From Candidatus Sericytochromatia bacterium (GTDB lineage Bacteria; Cyanobacteriota; Sericytochromatia; S15B-MN24; VGJW01), in assembly GCA_035285595.1 (NCBI GenBank), contig JAYKGV010000016.1, forward strand, positions 19,947 to 83,946: a stretch of DNA of 64,000 bases, in the 5' to 3' direction. Both the position numbers and the translations under genes were made by a program. Below, one piece after another: positions 10,001-17,291 of the stretch (positions within the stretch are counted from its first letter, which is position 1; the number at the start of each line of letters is the position of its first letter). The notes beneath the pieces were generated by a model, which saw nothing but the letters and a program-made list of their open reading frames with translations, did no database searches and was not told the DNA's origin.

Positions 10001-10117
10001 GTCCCCGTCGCCTTCGCGGTGCTCGAAGGACTGGGGGACCGACTGCGACGTCGCTGGGGCTTTGCAGGAAATGCGAGGATCGTGGGTACGGTAGAGGGTC
10101 CACTTTCGACGCCATGA
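7031..10117 (+). CDS. RND family efflux transporter permease (AcrB/HAE1-like), ~1028 aa
   Basis: FIRRPVLTSMLMLVTLVLG...VDLFPDVEFPVVVVSVAYPGAAPQEVE...; 12-TM organisation with two large periplasmic loops. GTG start overlaps the adaptor stop (GTGA). Confidence 0.9.
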   Translation: MNFSEPFIRRPVLTSMLMLVTLVLGLMGLARLSVDLFPDVEFPVVVVSVAYPGAAPQEVEALVAKPIEEAIAGTAGLKSLSSTSREGVAIVVAQFRLDANPQSAAADVRDKVSALGERLPADARTPAVQVFDPASEPIMTFAFAGGRPDEVSVFLRERVRPRLEALPGVAAVRPFGDRTREVQVRLEPSRLAAARVAPMAILDALRAWNLDLPGGRIEEGGRWLALRTLGRARTVRELGDIGVRDMKGGSVPLSSVAHVEESFRRPVTAALVDGRPAVVFGIVKAQGANAVQVAARVRTTLDELRSALPEGVRLVTTRDQTEFIREANLSVWEHTAVGGLLAVAVLFLFLRSKAATFIGGLAIPLSIFGTFWLMQWAGFSFNQLTNLGLSMVVGILVDDAVVDLENVWRHLEQGKEPIRAAIDATAEIQLAVTATTLTIVAVFIPVAFMDGLIGKFFEQFGWTVAFAVLVSLLVARTVTPMLSARMLRPGATATATDHDTGFVWAGPYRRLLAWALRWRRTVLFGALAAFVTGLALVPFIPKSFLEQADAGEFMLTLKAPKGSSLQETLHLARGVEGLVRARPEVKTVMTQVGLRDQPDLAQIHAVLHPRGTRRLRDVEVAQEIRDRAQSLPGVRTSIMVIGAVAQGDQNYPIYVQFRSEDMGALAAATDRLVAALRRHPGLTDLDTSLGTARPEVRLLPDRLQMAARGLSPATVAATLRLATEGETATSLPLGGEDVPVRVIHAATVRGDASRWTELEVPGTAGPVALGQVVEVRRGAGYAEIQRLDRGRVATVVGNLRPGMALGDGLEIVAREVRRLDLPPHLSVSLEGQAKDMAESFTGLVQALGLAILFIYVILAVQFESFLHPFTIMLSLPLSVVGAFWALFVSGTELGITAMIGVIMLMGIVTKNAILLVDVTLTYRARGMSVENALLAAAPVRLRPILMTTAAMVMGMLPMAFRLGAGSEYRYPMAIVVIGGLIVSTLLTLLVVPVAFAVLEGLGDRLRRRWGFAGNARIVGTVEGPLSTP

Positions 10118-12063
10118 ATCCATCCTCATCTTTTCCCGAACCCGACCCCTACGCTTTGCTCGGGCTTGCTCGGGATGTTTCCGAGGACGAAGTCTGGGCT
10201 GTCTTCCACGCTCGGGCTGCTGCACTGGTTCGTGGTCGTTCCGGGGATGACTACACCCGGTTGCTCGATGCCTTGCAGATTCTGACCGATCCGCAACGTC
10301 GCGCGGCGCTTGACCGGCGTTTGGCGGGTGTCGAGGTCATGTCCCCGCCCGTCCAGGAGGCACCGCCGCCGCAGCAGCCGCGGGCGACCAGAACGCCCAC
10401 CTTGGTCTTGCGGAAGGGTCTGGACGAGATCATGGAGGAGGCACGTATCCGTGAGCTGGCCAAGAAGCTGGATCAGGAGGCATCCTCGGATACCCCGTCG
10501 CCGGGCCGGCTGGCGCTGAGGGCTTACCTAGCCTTCCGCCTGGACGACGAGTCCAAGGGATTTCAGTTGCTCAAGGCGGCTCTGGCCGCCGATCCCGCCT
10601 GTGCCTACGCCCATTACGCCTTGGCGGTTCATGTGCAGCAGCGCGGGCGTTCGGAAGATGCGTGGGGCATCCTGCAATGGGCCTTGCCGCATGTCGGTGG
10701 AGACAGGGATCTGTGGGTTCGCATCATGGATCTTGCCGCAAGTCTTGGTTGGCCGGACGGCCCGTTGCCCACCTTGATTGCGGCCATGGGCGAGTTCCCG
10801 GGGGATGTGCAGATGGCTGAGCTGCTCGTCCGACGCCTGCTGGCGCACGACCGAGGGACCGATGCCTTGGCACGGGTCAGGGAGGTCGTGACGGCCGTTC
10901 CCAAGGATCCCGGTGGGTGGCGTCTGCAGGGATGGGTGCAAGCTGCGCTCGGGGACGGGGCGGCGGCGGAGACCTCGTATCTGCGGGCACTGGAACTGGA
11001 GCCCCGGCACCCCGAAGCCCTGCGCGAGCTCTCCCGTCTATATGTCCAGGCGACGCACCCTGCAGCGGGTTCGTTGCTTGCCCGCGCCTTGGCTGTCCTG
11101 CCAGACGATGCCGGACTGTGGGGTTTGCAGGGCATTCACGCCCTGCAAAGCGGTGATCTTGGCGGCGCGGAACGTCATCTTTCACGCGCTCAAGCCCTGG
11201 CACCCACGTCTGCCGAGTTTGCCGGGCCGCTCGCCGAAACCCTCATTCGATTGGGCAAGGCGACGGAAGCCCTCGAACCGGCTCGGCGACTGGCCGCCAC
11301 GGACAAGGCTTCCGAGCGGGGGCCGTTCTTCGTCGGCGAGGCGTTGCACATGCTTGGACGTTTTGAGGAAGCCATCCCGTCTTACCTGCAAGCGCTCGAC
11401 CGCTGCATGGACCCCACGCCCGTCCTTTACGCCCTGGCCCGCTGTCACGCCGAGCTCGGCCGACCGGTGGAGGCTCTTGGATATCTGGAGAATGTCGCTG
11501 TGTCGGATCCGGAAGTGTGGGTCTTGCGGGCACGACTTCTGGGGGCGAGCGATCGGCAGGAGGAGGCCGGGGCCGCTTGGCAGGAGGTTCTGCGACAGGT
11601 TCCCGATCGGGCCGATGCCTTGCTGGGATTGGCGACCAGTCTTCTTTCCGGCGGAGACGAGACGGCGGCTTGGCCCTTGATCGACCGCTACATGGCGTCG
11701 TGGGGCCATGATCCTTCGGCTTTGGACGAGCTTGCAGCGATGTGGACCGGTCTCGGCCGCCATGATCTGGCCGTGGAAGCCTATCAAAGGGCCGTGGGCC
11801 GCAGCCCGGGGGAGCGGGCGCGTCACGAACGTCTTTGGGCGGCCATGGAACAGGCCGAGCAATGGCAGGCGTTGCATGCGACATTGACGCAGGCCATCCG
11901 CCTCTTCCCGGAAGATCCTGAGTTGGCCCTGCGTCTGGCGTCCTCGTATGAGCGGATGAACCTCGTCAGCGAGGCCGTGTTGGCGTACCGGCGCTACTTG
12001 CGCTTGGCTCCGCGATCGGCCGAGGCAAAATCCGTCCGAGCTCGTCTCAAGGCTCTTGAATGA
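10114..12063 (+). CDS. TPR-repeat protein with degenerate J-domain-like N-terminus, translationally coupled to the RND pump gene
   Basis: ATG overlaps the RND stop (ATGA). The N-terminus DPYALLGLARDVSEDEVWAVFHARAAAL...LLDALQILTDPQRRAALDRRL resembles J-domain helices I-IV without HPD. The remainder is TPR-like Ala/Leu repeats. Confidence 0.75.
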   Translation: MNPSSSFPEPDPYALLGLARDVSEDEVWAVFHARAAALVRGRSGDDYTRLLDALQILTDPQRRAALDRRLAGVEVMSPPVQEAPPPQQPRATRTPTLVLRKGLDEIMEEARIRELAKKLDQEASSDTPSPGRLALRAYLAFRLDDESKGFQLLKAALAADPACAYAHYALAVHVQQRGRSEDAWGILQWALPHVGGDRDLWVRIMDLAASLGWPDGPLPTLIAAMGEFPGDVQMAELLVRRLLAHDRGTDALARVREVVTAVPKDPGGWRLQGWVQAALGDGAAAETSYLRALELEPRHPEALRELSRLYVQATHPAAGSLLARALAVLPDDAGLWGLQGIHALQSGDLGGAERHLSRAQALAPTSAEFAGPLAETLIRLGKATEALEPARRLAATDKASERGPFFVGEALHMLGRFEEAIPSYLQALDRCMDPTPVLYALARCHAELGRPVEALGYLENVAVSDPEVWVLRARLLGASDRQEEAGAAWQEVLRQVPDRADALLGLATSLLSGGDETAAWPLIDRYMASWGHDPSALDELAAMWTGLGRHDLAVEAYQRAVGRSPGERARHERLWAAMEQAEQWQALHATLTQAIRLFPEDPELALRLASSYERMNLVSEAVLAYRRYLRLAPRSAEAKSVRARLKALE

Positions 12064-13102
12064 TCCGCCGAGCTTCGTTCGGCTGCAAGAGCGGCACACG
12101 TCGCATCGTGCGGCGCGCCAGATAACCGCGCGCCCGGGGGGCGGCCGAGTCTCCGGGTGCCAGTTCGAGAAAGCGGCGGAAGGCCTTGGCTGCCAGGTCT
12201 CCTTGGCCTTGACGATGAAGGGCCACCCCCAGGTTATAGTGTGCGGCGGCAAGTTCCGGGCGGGTCTTGAGCGCCTTGCGGCAAGCGGTCTCGGCATCCT
12301 TAGACTTGCCCAGCGAGATGAGCGCCAACGCCCGCCCGACCTCCGCGATGGCCGGATCCGCACCGGAACGACCCGCCGCCGTAAAGTTCTCGAGTGCGAT
12401 CGTGTGACGGCCTTCTTGCCAAGCCTTGGCTCCGTCCGCAAGGAGCTTGGCGGGTCCGGACAGGTGTGGGGCTCTTGGCGCCGGAGGCAAGGTGCGCCGC
12501 GGGCGCGTGCGTTCCCCGGGAACTGCCTCCGCCTCGGCCAAAAAGGGTGGTGTCAAGGTCGGAGCGGGATGCACCGGCCTTTCCGAACGGCTGAACAGCC
12601 CTACGATCACGAGGAGACCGCCAAGCAAAGGCAACAGCAGTGGCCAGGCCCCGGGGACGGTGGAGGGCGTCTGGGGTGGCGGGTGATTCGACCTACGGTC
12701 ACGCAGCGGCGTGACTTCGGGGGGCGAAGGAGCTGCTTCCGCAGTTTCGGGCTGCTGGAGGACCGGTGGAGGCGAAGGCGGCAGCGCGGAACTCCCTCGT
12801 GCTCGTCGCTCGGCTTCGTGGCGTTGCATTTCCCGCCGTCGGGCGAGCTCAGCGAGAATGTCCTGATCCGTCAGGCTTGCAGGCTGGGAACTCTGTGTGG
12901 CGGCCACTTCCGTGGGCGCCCCGAGGGTCGCGGCGATTTCAGCCAGCCTGGCCAGTGCAGCTTCGGCCCGTTCCCGGGTTTCCGGGGTCGTGGCCACGTC
13001 ACGTCGCCGTTGCCAGCGGACCCTTGCGGCATCCAAGGCTGTGCGAACCACTTCTTCACCGGCGGTTTCCGGCAGTCCCAGCAACTCGCGAGCGGTCATC
13101 AT
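12047..13102 (-). CDS. Bitopic membrane protein with J-like N-terminus, Pro-rich linker and C-terminal TPR repeats (last gene of minus-strand operon)
   Basis: Start ATGATGA overlaps the stop of the 13099-15168 gene. Features are MMTARELLGLPETAGEEVVRTALDAARVRWQ, the TM helix AWPLLLPLLGGLLVIVGLF, and C-terminal TPR-like AAHYNLGVALHRQGQGDLAAKAFRRFLELAP. Confidence 0.6.
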   Translation of the reverse strand: MMTARELLGLPETAGEEVVRTALDAARVRWQRRRDVATTPETRERAEAALARLAEIAATLGAPTEVAATQSSQPASLTDQDILAELARRREMQRHEAERRARGSSALPPSPPPVLQQPETAEAAPSPPEVTPLRDRRSNHPPPQTPSTVPGAWPLLLPLLGGLLVIVGLFSRSERPVHPAPTLTPPFLAEAEAVPGERTRPRRTLPPAPRAPHLSGPAKLLADGAKAWQEGRHTIALENFTAAGRSGADPAIAEVGRALALISLGKSKDAETACRKALKTRPELAAAHYNLGVALHRQGQGDLAAKAFRRFLELAPGDSAAPRARGYLARRTMRRVPLLQPNEARRIIQEP

Positions 13103-15168
13103 ACGGCCCACCACGTACCGTGGACGGGGCCACAGGTCTTGCAACGTCCCTTTGGCGCGGGCGCAAGGCATGAGGGGCAGGACGTTCTGGCTGCTTCGGA
13201 TTCGGCAAGGACCCGGGCCGTCCAGCCCAAGCGATCGAGGCGCGCCCACATGGTCGCGGCCCATGCGCCGGGAAGGCCCGGAGCCTGCAAGGCATGCAGG
13301 AGACGTGCCAGCTGTCTGGCCTGTTGACGGCCAGCTTCGCCTTCACGGTGCTGGAGGCCACGTTCGGCAAGGCTTCTCGTACGGGCAAGCCAGGCGGGGT
13401 TCGTCCTCAGTTGCTCTGGAAGCCGCCACGGTTCGCGGCCAGCGGCTACGGCGACCCAGCGTTCGTCCTCTCCGAGCAAGCGAAAGGCACCTCCCCGCCA
13501 GCAAAGACCCCCCAGCGCAAGCGCGATGAAGACCGTCACGGCCACCTCCGGGTCTACCCCTGGTGCAGGGGAGTCGGGCCGACCGCCCCACAGGAGCTGC
13601 CACCCAGGGCGCAAGGCCCTGCCGCCGTGGCCGGTGAAAGGATGTAGGTCGGGATCGTAGAGACCGCGGGCCGAGCGCGATCGTGAACGCTGCCCTGCCG
13701 GCGCCGTCGCGGACATGGCGGTGGCCCGCACGGCCCGTGCCGTCAAGGCCCCCATGAGGTCGGCGACCTGGGGCACCACGGGCAGGGCTTCCTCACCCAC
13801 GAGGCGCTGGACCCAGCCGGGACCTCCGGCGGCTTCCAGCAAGGCTTCCGGATGGTGGGCGGCAAGCCAGACAAGGGCATCTTCCACGGCGTGCTCGTGC
13901 TCGTGTTCCATGCCGGGCAGGGCTTCTCGGGCCAGGACAGGACCAAGGTGTGCCAGGCGTCTCCCGGCTTCCCGTTCAACCAAGGTGTGCCAGGTCCCTA
14001 GCGTCCGTATCATCCGTGCGACCTGATCCTGCAGGTCCTCGAGACACACCCGGCGGATCTTCATGGTCTGAAGTTCCGACAGGTCTCGCCACCAAGGGGT
14101 GATCCGACTCGTCACGCGAAGGACCTCTTCGGCCGCGAGAGGGGCGGGCAGGCCCAGAAAACGGCTGCGTCCGGGCTTCAGGCTTTCGAGGGCTTGCGAT
14201 ACCTCCCCTTCCGACCTGTCGAGGGCCTCGCGCAAGGCGGCTTCTCGTTCGAGGGACGCCTGGTGTCTCTCTATCAAGCCTGCGTGCAGGTGCTCCAGCA
14301 CACTCAGCCAGTGCGCCACGATGCCTGCTCCAGGACGCCCTTGGCCCGAGGACCATAACTCCGCCTGCAGCCCTTCTCTCAAGGTGTCCACTTGTGCACG
14401 CCTCAAGGAGTCGGGTGGCGACCATCCGGGCTCGAGGACGCTCCGTCGGACCTCCAACTCGGCAAGCAGCCACGATCGCAGACTTTCCCCCCGGACGGGT
14501 CCGGCCTCCTGCATCGCGCGGGCAAGGGTCTCGAGGTCGGCCTCGGCGGACTCTGGAACATCCACTCGGGCCCAGAGCCCAGCAGGAAAGCTGACCTCAT
14601 CCGTCGGGTTCTGTTCGAGCAAGTCTTTGAGCAGACGGCTCTCGAGGATGGCCTGGACGCGTTCTCGGTCGTGCCCGGAGATCACGCCCCGCCAGGAACC
14701 GCAAGGGACCGGGACCTCCGGGGTTGCGAGCAGGTCTCGGAGCAACAGGCTCGCGGCGGCGGAGACATCGGGCGTCCTTCTGCCCGCTTTTTCGCCTTCT
14801 CCGACCCAGGTCGAGGCCACGTCACGGGAGGCCTCGGTTGCCCAATCCCGGAGCATGTCGTGCAGGACGGCCTCTGGCGCCGAAGAGCACGATACGAGAT
14901 GCACCACGCCTTCCCCGACCGAGAGGATGCGTCTCCAATAGGCGTCCTCCCTGGCCAGGGTGCCTTGCAGGCCCGAGTCGCCGGGAACGTGGGTGACCCA
15001 GGGACCGGCCCACCAAGGACCATCAGGGTTCGTGCCCAGACGTTGTACGGGTCCGGGGAAGTCGAAGTCGACCCCCTCTCCGGTCAGCGCGACGAAGCGC
15101 GGCCGCGGAACCAGACCGGGCGTGACGGCCATGGCCAGCAAGGCGTCGAGGATACGCAGGACTTGCAT
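13099..15168 (-). CDS. Hypothetical protein (~690 aa) with one TM helix and C-terminal C4 zinc ribbon
   Basis: Ends ...CPSCLAPAPKGRCKTCGPVHGTWWAV* (CxxC-N9-CxxC). TM helix VAVTVFIALALGGLCW. Start chosen at the ATG at 15168, preceded by aaggaagg; a GTG at 15216 is an alternative. No family recognised. Confidence 0.5.
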   Translation of the reverse strand: MQVLRILDALLAMAVTPGLVPRPRFVALTGEGVDFDFPGPVQRLGTNPDGPWWAGPWVTHVPGDSGLQGTLAREDAYWRRILSVGEGVVHLVSCSSAPEAVLHDMLRDWATEASRDVASTWVGEGEKAGRRTPDVSAAASLLLRDLLATPEVPVPCGSWRGVISGHDRERVQAILESRLLKDLLEQNPTDEVSFPAGLWARVDVPESAEADLETLARAMQEAGPVRGESLRSWLLAELEVRRSVLEPGWSPPDSLRRAQVDTLREGLQAELWSSGQGRPGAGIVAHWLSVLEHLHAGLIERHQASLEREAALREALDRSEGEVSQALESLKPGRSRFLGLPAPLAAEEVLRVTSRITPWWRDLSELQTMKIRRVCLEDLQDQVARMIRTLGTWHTLVEREAGRRLAHLGPVLAREALPGMEHEHEHAVEDALVWLAAHHPEALLEAAGGPGWVQRLVGEEALPVVPQVADLMGALTARAVRATAMSATAPAGQRSRSRSARGLYDPDLHPFTGHGGRALRPGWQLLWGGRPDSPAPGVDPEVAVTVFIALALGGLCWRGGAFRLLGEDERWVAVAAGREPWRLPEQLRTNPAWLARTRSLAERGLQHREGEAGRQQARQLARLLHALQAPGLPGAWAATMWARLDRLGWTARVLAESEAARTSCPSCLAPAPKGRCKTCGPVHGTWWAV

Positions 15169-15197
15169 GCCTTCCTTTCCCAGGGCCACCAGCAAGG

Positions 15198-16529
15198 TCA
15201 CGGCGATTTTCTCCACCAACCACGGGCCTGGGCTCGAGCAAACCGCACCAGCCGTGCCCTGGCCTCGGAGCCGTCCTTTCCCAAGTGCGCTTCGCGCAGG
15301 TGCTGGCCCTCCCCCCAGGTCAGCCACCAGCCGTCGGCACGTTCTTCCCGCATGACGCTCGTAGCCTGCCATAGAGCCGCTCCCGGATCGGATGCACGGG
15401 GTCGCGTCGCGAGGGGCAAGCTGGGAACGACACGTTCCGGAGAGACCAGGGAAGGCCAGTTCCAGCCTCTTGCGGCCACGAGGTGCGCTTGGGACCAGGG
15501 AACGAACCATCGCCCGAGATGAACACCCCCATGTCGACGAAGAGGCGAAGGAGCCGAGGTCTCTTGGTGGCCACGAGGGGGTGGCGTGATGGGCATGCGA
15601 TCGCAGGCCTCCCAAGCCTCCTCGATCAGTCGCCAAGGTCCGGTCGCAGGCGGCAGGTACTTTCTCCTGAGCTGCCAGCCTTCCTCCCGGAGCCGTGCGT
15701 CCAGAGGGCGTTTCGCGAGGTCACGCGCCCGCACCAGTTGCAGCAGCACGCTTCGATCGTGCTGCTGCGCCTCATCGGCCAGTTCGGCCAAGGCCAGCGG
15801 TAGTCCTTCCTCATCGAGTTCGGGCCGAGGATCTTCTTCGCCCGGCAGGTCACCGACGATGCGAGACAGAGCGCGGGCCATCGCCTCGGTTCCTTCCGTC
15901 CGCCGTACGCCCTCCAGGTGAGCACGCAGGCTGTCCGCCATCCAAGCGAGAGGCCACCGGGCCGCGCGCCACGCTCGCAGCGCGGCCTCTCTTGTCGGCA
16001 ACGGTTCCTTCGGCCAAGGCCAAAGTGCGGTGCGCAGCAACTCTTCGACCTCCGGGGCAAGTTCGGCCTCTGAATCGAAGATCCTCCACGGACCGGGCAA
16101 GCCCGGGAGGCCCTCAGACCCGGGGTGGTGAATCTCGGGACCGGTTGAAGTGCCCACGGGGTGCGGGCGCAGACTGAGCGGCAGAGACGTCGGTGGCAGC
16201 TCGTCCTGTGCCCACAGGCACAGGGCGGTCTCAAGGATCAGCTCCGGGGGATGTCCCTTCTCGTCCACCAACTGATACACGGCAGGACCCGCCAAGCTGC
16301 GTCCCCGGGAGACCACGGCCAACACGGCAAGTGTCTGCGGAGCTTCCCGCAGTCGGAGATTCAGGGCACGTGGCGCCACCTCATCACAAGCCAGAAGGAC
16401 CACGGTTGTCGGTCCGGGGGAGTCGGGCCATCCCCGGAAGGCTGTCGTGCCGACCGGCAGCCGCGGCCTTGCCCGTTCGAGGGCCGCCTCGGCGCTTCGT
16501 CCCAACAGATGGACTTCCGGTGGCCTCAT
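15198..16529 (-). CDS. Hypothetical protein (443 aa)
   Basis: ATG at 16529 overlaps the stop of the upstream small membrane gene (ATGA). The reading frame is consistent over 1.3 kb; no motif recognised. Confidence 0.5.
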   Translation of the reverse strand: MRPPEVHLLGRSAEAALERARPRLPVGTTAFRGWPDSPGPTTVVLLACDEVAPRALNLRLREAPQTLAVLAVVSRGRSLAGPAVYQLVDEKGHPPELILETALCLWAQDELPPTSLPLSLRPHPVGTSTGPEIHHPGSEGLPGLPGPWRIFDSEAELAPEVEELLRTALWPWPKEPLPTREAALRAWRAARWPLAWMADSLRAHLEGVRRTEGTEAMARALSRIVGDLPGEEDPRPELDEEGLPLALAELADEAQQHDRSVLLQLVRARDLAKRPLDARLREEGWQLRRKYLPPATGPWRLIEEAWEACDRMPITPPPRGHQETSAPSPLRRHGGVHLGRWFVPWSQAHLVAARGWNWPSLVSPERVVPSLPLATRPRASDPGAALWQATSVMREERADGWWLTWGEGQHLREAHLGKDGSEARARLVRFARAQARGWWRKSP

Positions 16530-16804
16530 CCCCGTATCCATGCCGCGAACCACAGGCTTGTCCCTGCGACCGTGAAGCCCGTGGCCAACATGACTTGGGT
16601 CAGAGGAGCATGTCCCGGACAGAACGCCACGATGGCACCCAGGACCCCGACAAGACAACTTGCGGCGAGTCCCGCAAGGGCCGCCTCGAGCGGGCGCTCG
16701 GGAGCCTTGGACAGCAAGGCCCGCGGCAGGCCCCAGGCTACCCAGACCGCCGTGGCGAGGGTCGCGGCCGCGAGGGTGAGACGGGTGATCAGGACGTCAT
16801 CCAC
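16526..16804 (-). CDS. Small integral membrane protein (~92 aa), hypothetical
   Basis: GTG start overlaps the GNAT stop (GTGGATGA). Three predicted hydrophobic helices (LAAATLATAVWVAWGL; LAGLAASCLVGVLGAIVAF; VMLATGFTVAGTSLWFAAW). Confidence 0.4.
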   Translation of the reverse strand: MDDVLITRLTLAAATLATAVWVAWGLPRALLSKAPERPLEAALAGLAASCLVGVLGAIVAFCPGHAPLTQVMLATGFTVAGTSLWFAAWIRG

Positions 16805-17291
16805 GTTCGCGGGCCTCCTGGTCCTCTTCGAGGACCAACTCCACCGTGGCCTCCTTGAAGCCGGTTCGCCGGTACAGCGCACGCGCAGGAGTATTGTCGA
16901 CGTGCGTGAAAAGCCGCAAGCGCTTCATGCCCGACCTTGCGGCCAGCGTGCGGGCATCTTCGAGCAGCAGATGGCCGATGCCTTGGCCGCGATCCTCGGG
17001 ACGCACGGCCAGGACGACGATGAAAAGCTCCGCGAGACCCGTCACCGGATGATGGGAAGGCAAGGACCAGCAGAAGCCGGCCACCCTGCCGTCGCGCCGC
17101 TGGAACACCCGCACGTGTCCACCTTGTTCCGCGTACCATGCCCATTGGCTTTCGATTCGTTCTCGCACTTCACTGCGGGTCAATGAGGCGAGGTCGGGAT
17201 AACTGGACCGCACTGCCTGCTCGAAGAGATCCTTCAAGAGGGGCCCGTCCTGTGGGCCGGCCGGGCGTACGGTTCCTGCATCAACGTTCAC
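16797..17291 (-). CDS. GNAT family N-acetyltransferase
   Basis: LFIVVLAVRPEDRGQGIGHLLLEDARTLAARSGMKRLRLFTHVDNTPARALYRRTGF shows acetyl-CoA-binding motif A (R/Q-x-x-G-x-G/A) and motif B. GTG start lies 11 nt inside the upstream gene's 3' end. Confidence 0.8.
   Translation of the reverse strand: MNVDAGTVRPAGPQDGPLLKDLFEQAVRSSYPDLASLTRSEVRERIESQWAWYAEQGGHVRVFQRRDGRVAGFCWSLPSHHPVTGLAELFIVVLAVRPEDRGQGIGHLLLEDARTLAARSGMKRLRLFTHVDNTPARALYRRTGFKEATVELVLEEDQEARERG

Noticed and set aside
10114-10330. Bona fide DnaJ/Hsp40 co-chaperone annotation for the J-like segments
   Set aside because: The invariant HPD tripeptide is missing or altered in all three copies. There are no Gly/Phe-rich or zinc-finger (CxxCxGxG) DnaJ regions, so these were called J-domain-like only.
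11182-12441. 419-aa minus-strand ORF and 10913-11680 plus-strand ORF
   Set aside because: They overlap the TPR/J-like gene (10114-12063) in alternative frames or antisense. They have an Arg/Pro-rich composition and are not coupled to neighbouring genes.
13099-16658. Upstream extensions of the 845-aa and 486-aa ORFs that overlap each other by >400 nt
   Set aside because: Starts were moved downstream (15168 and 16529). The extended regions overlap the preceding genes' coding sequence, and the shorter starts create ATGA-type coupled junctions consistent with the rest of the operon.
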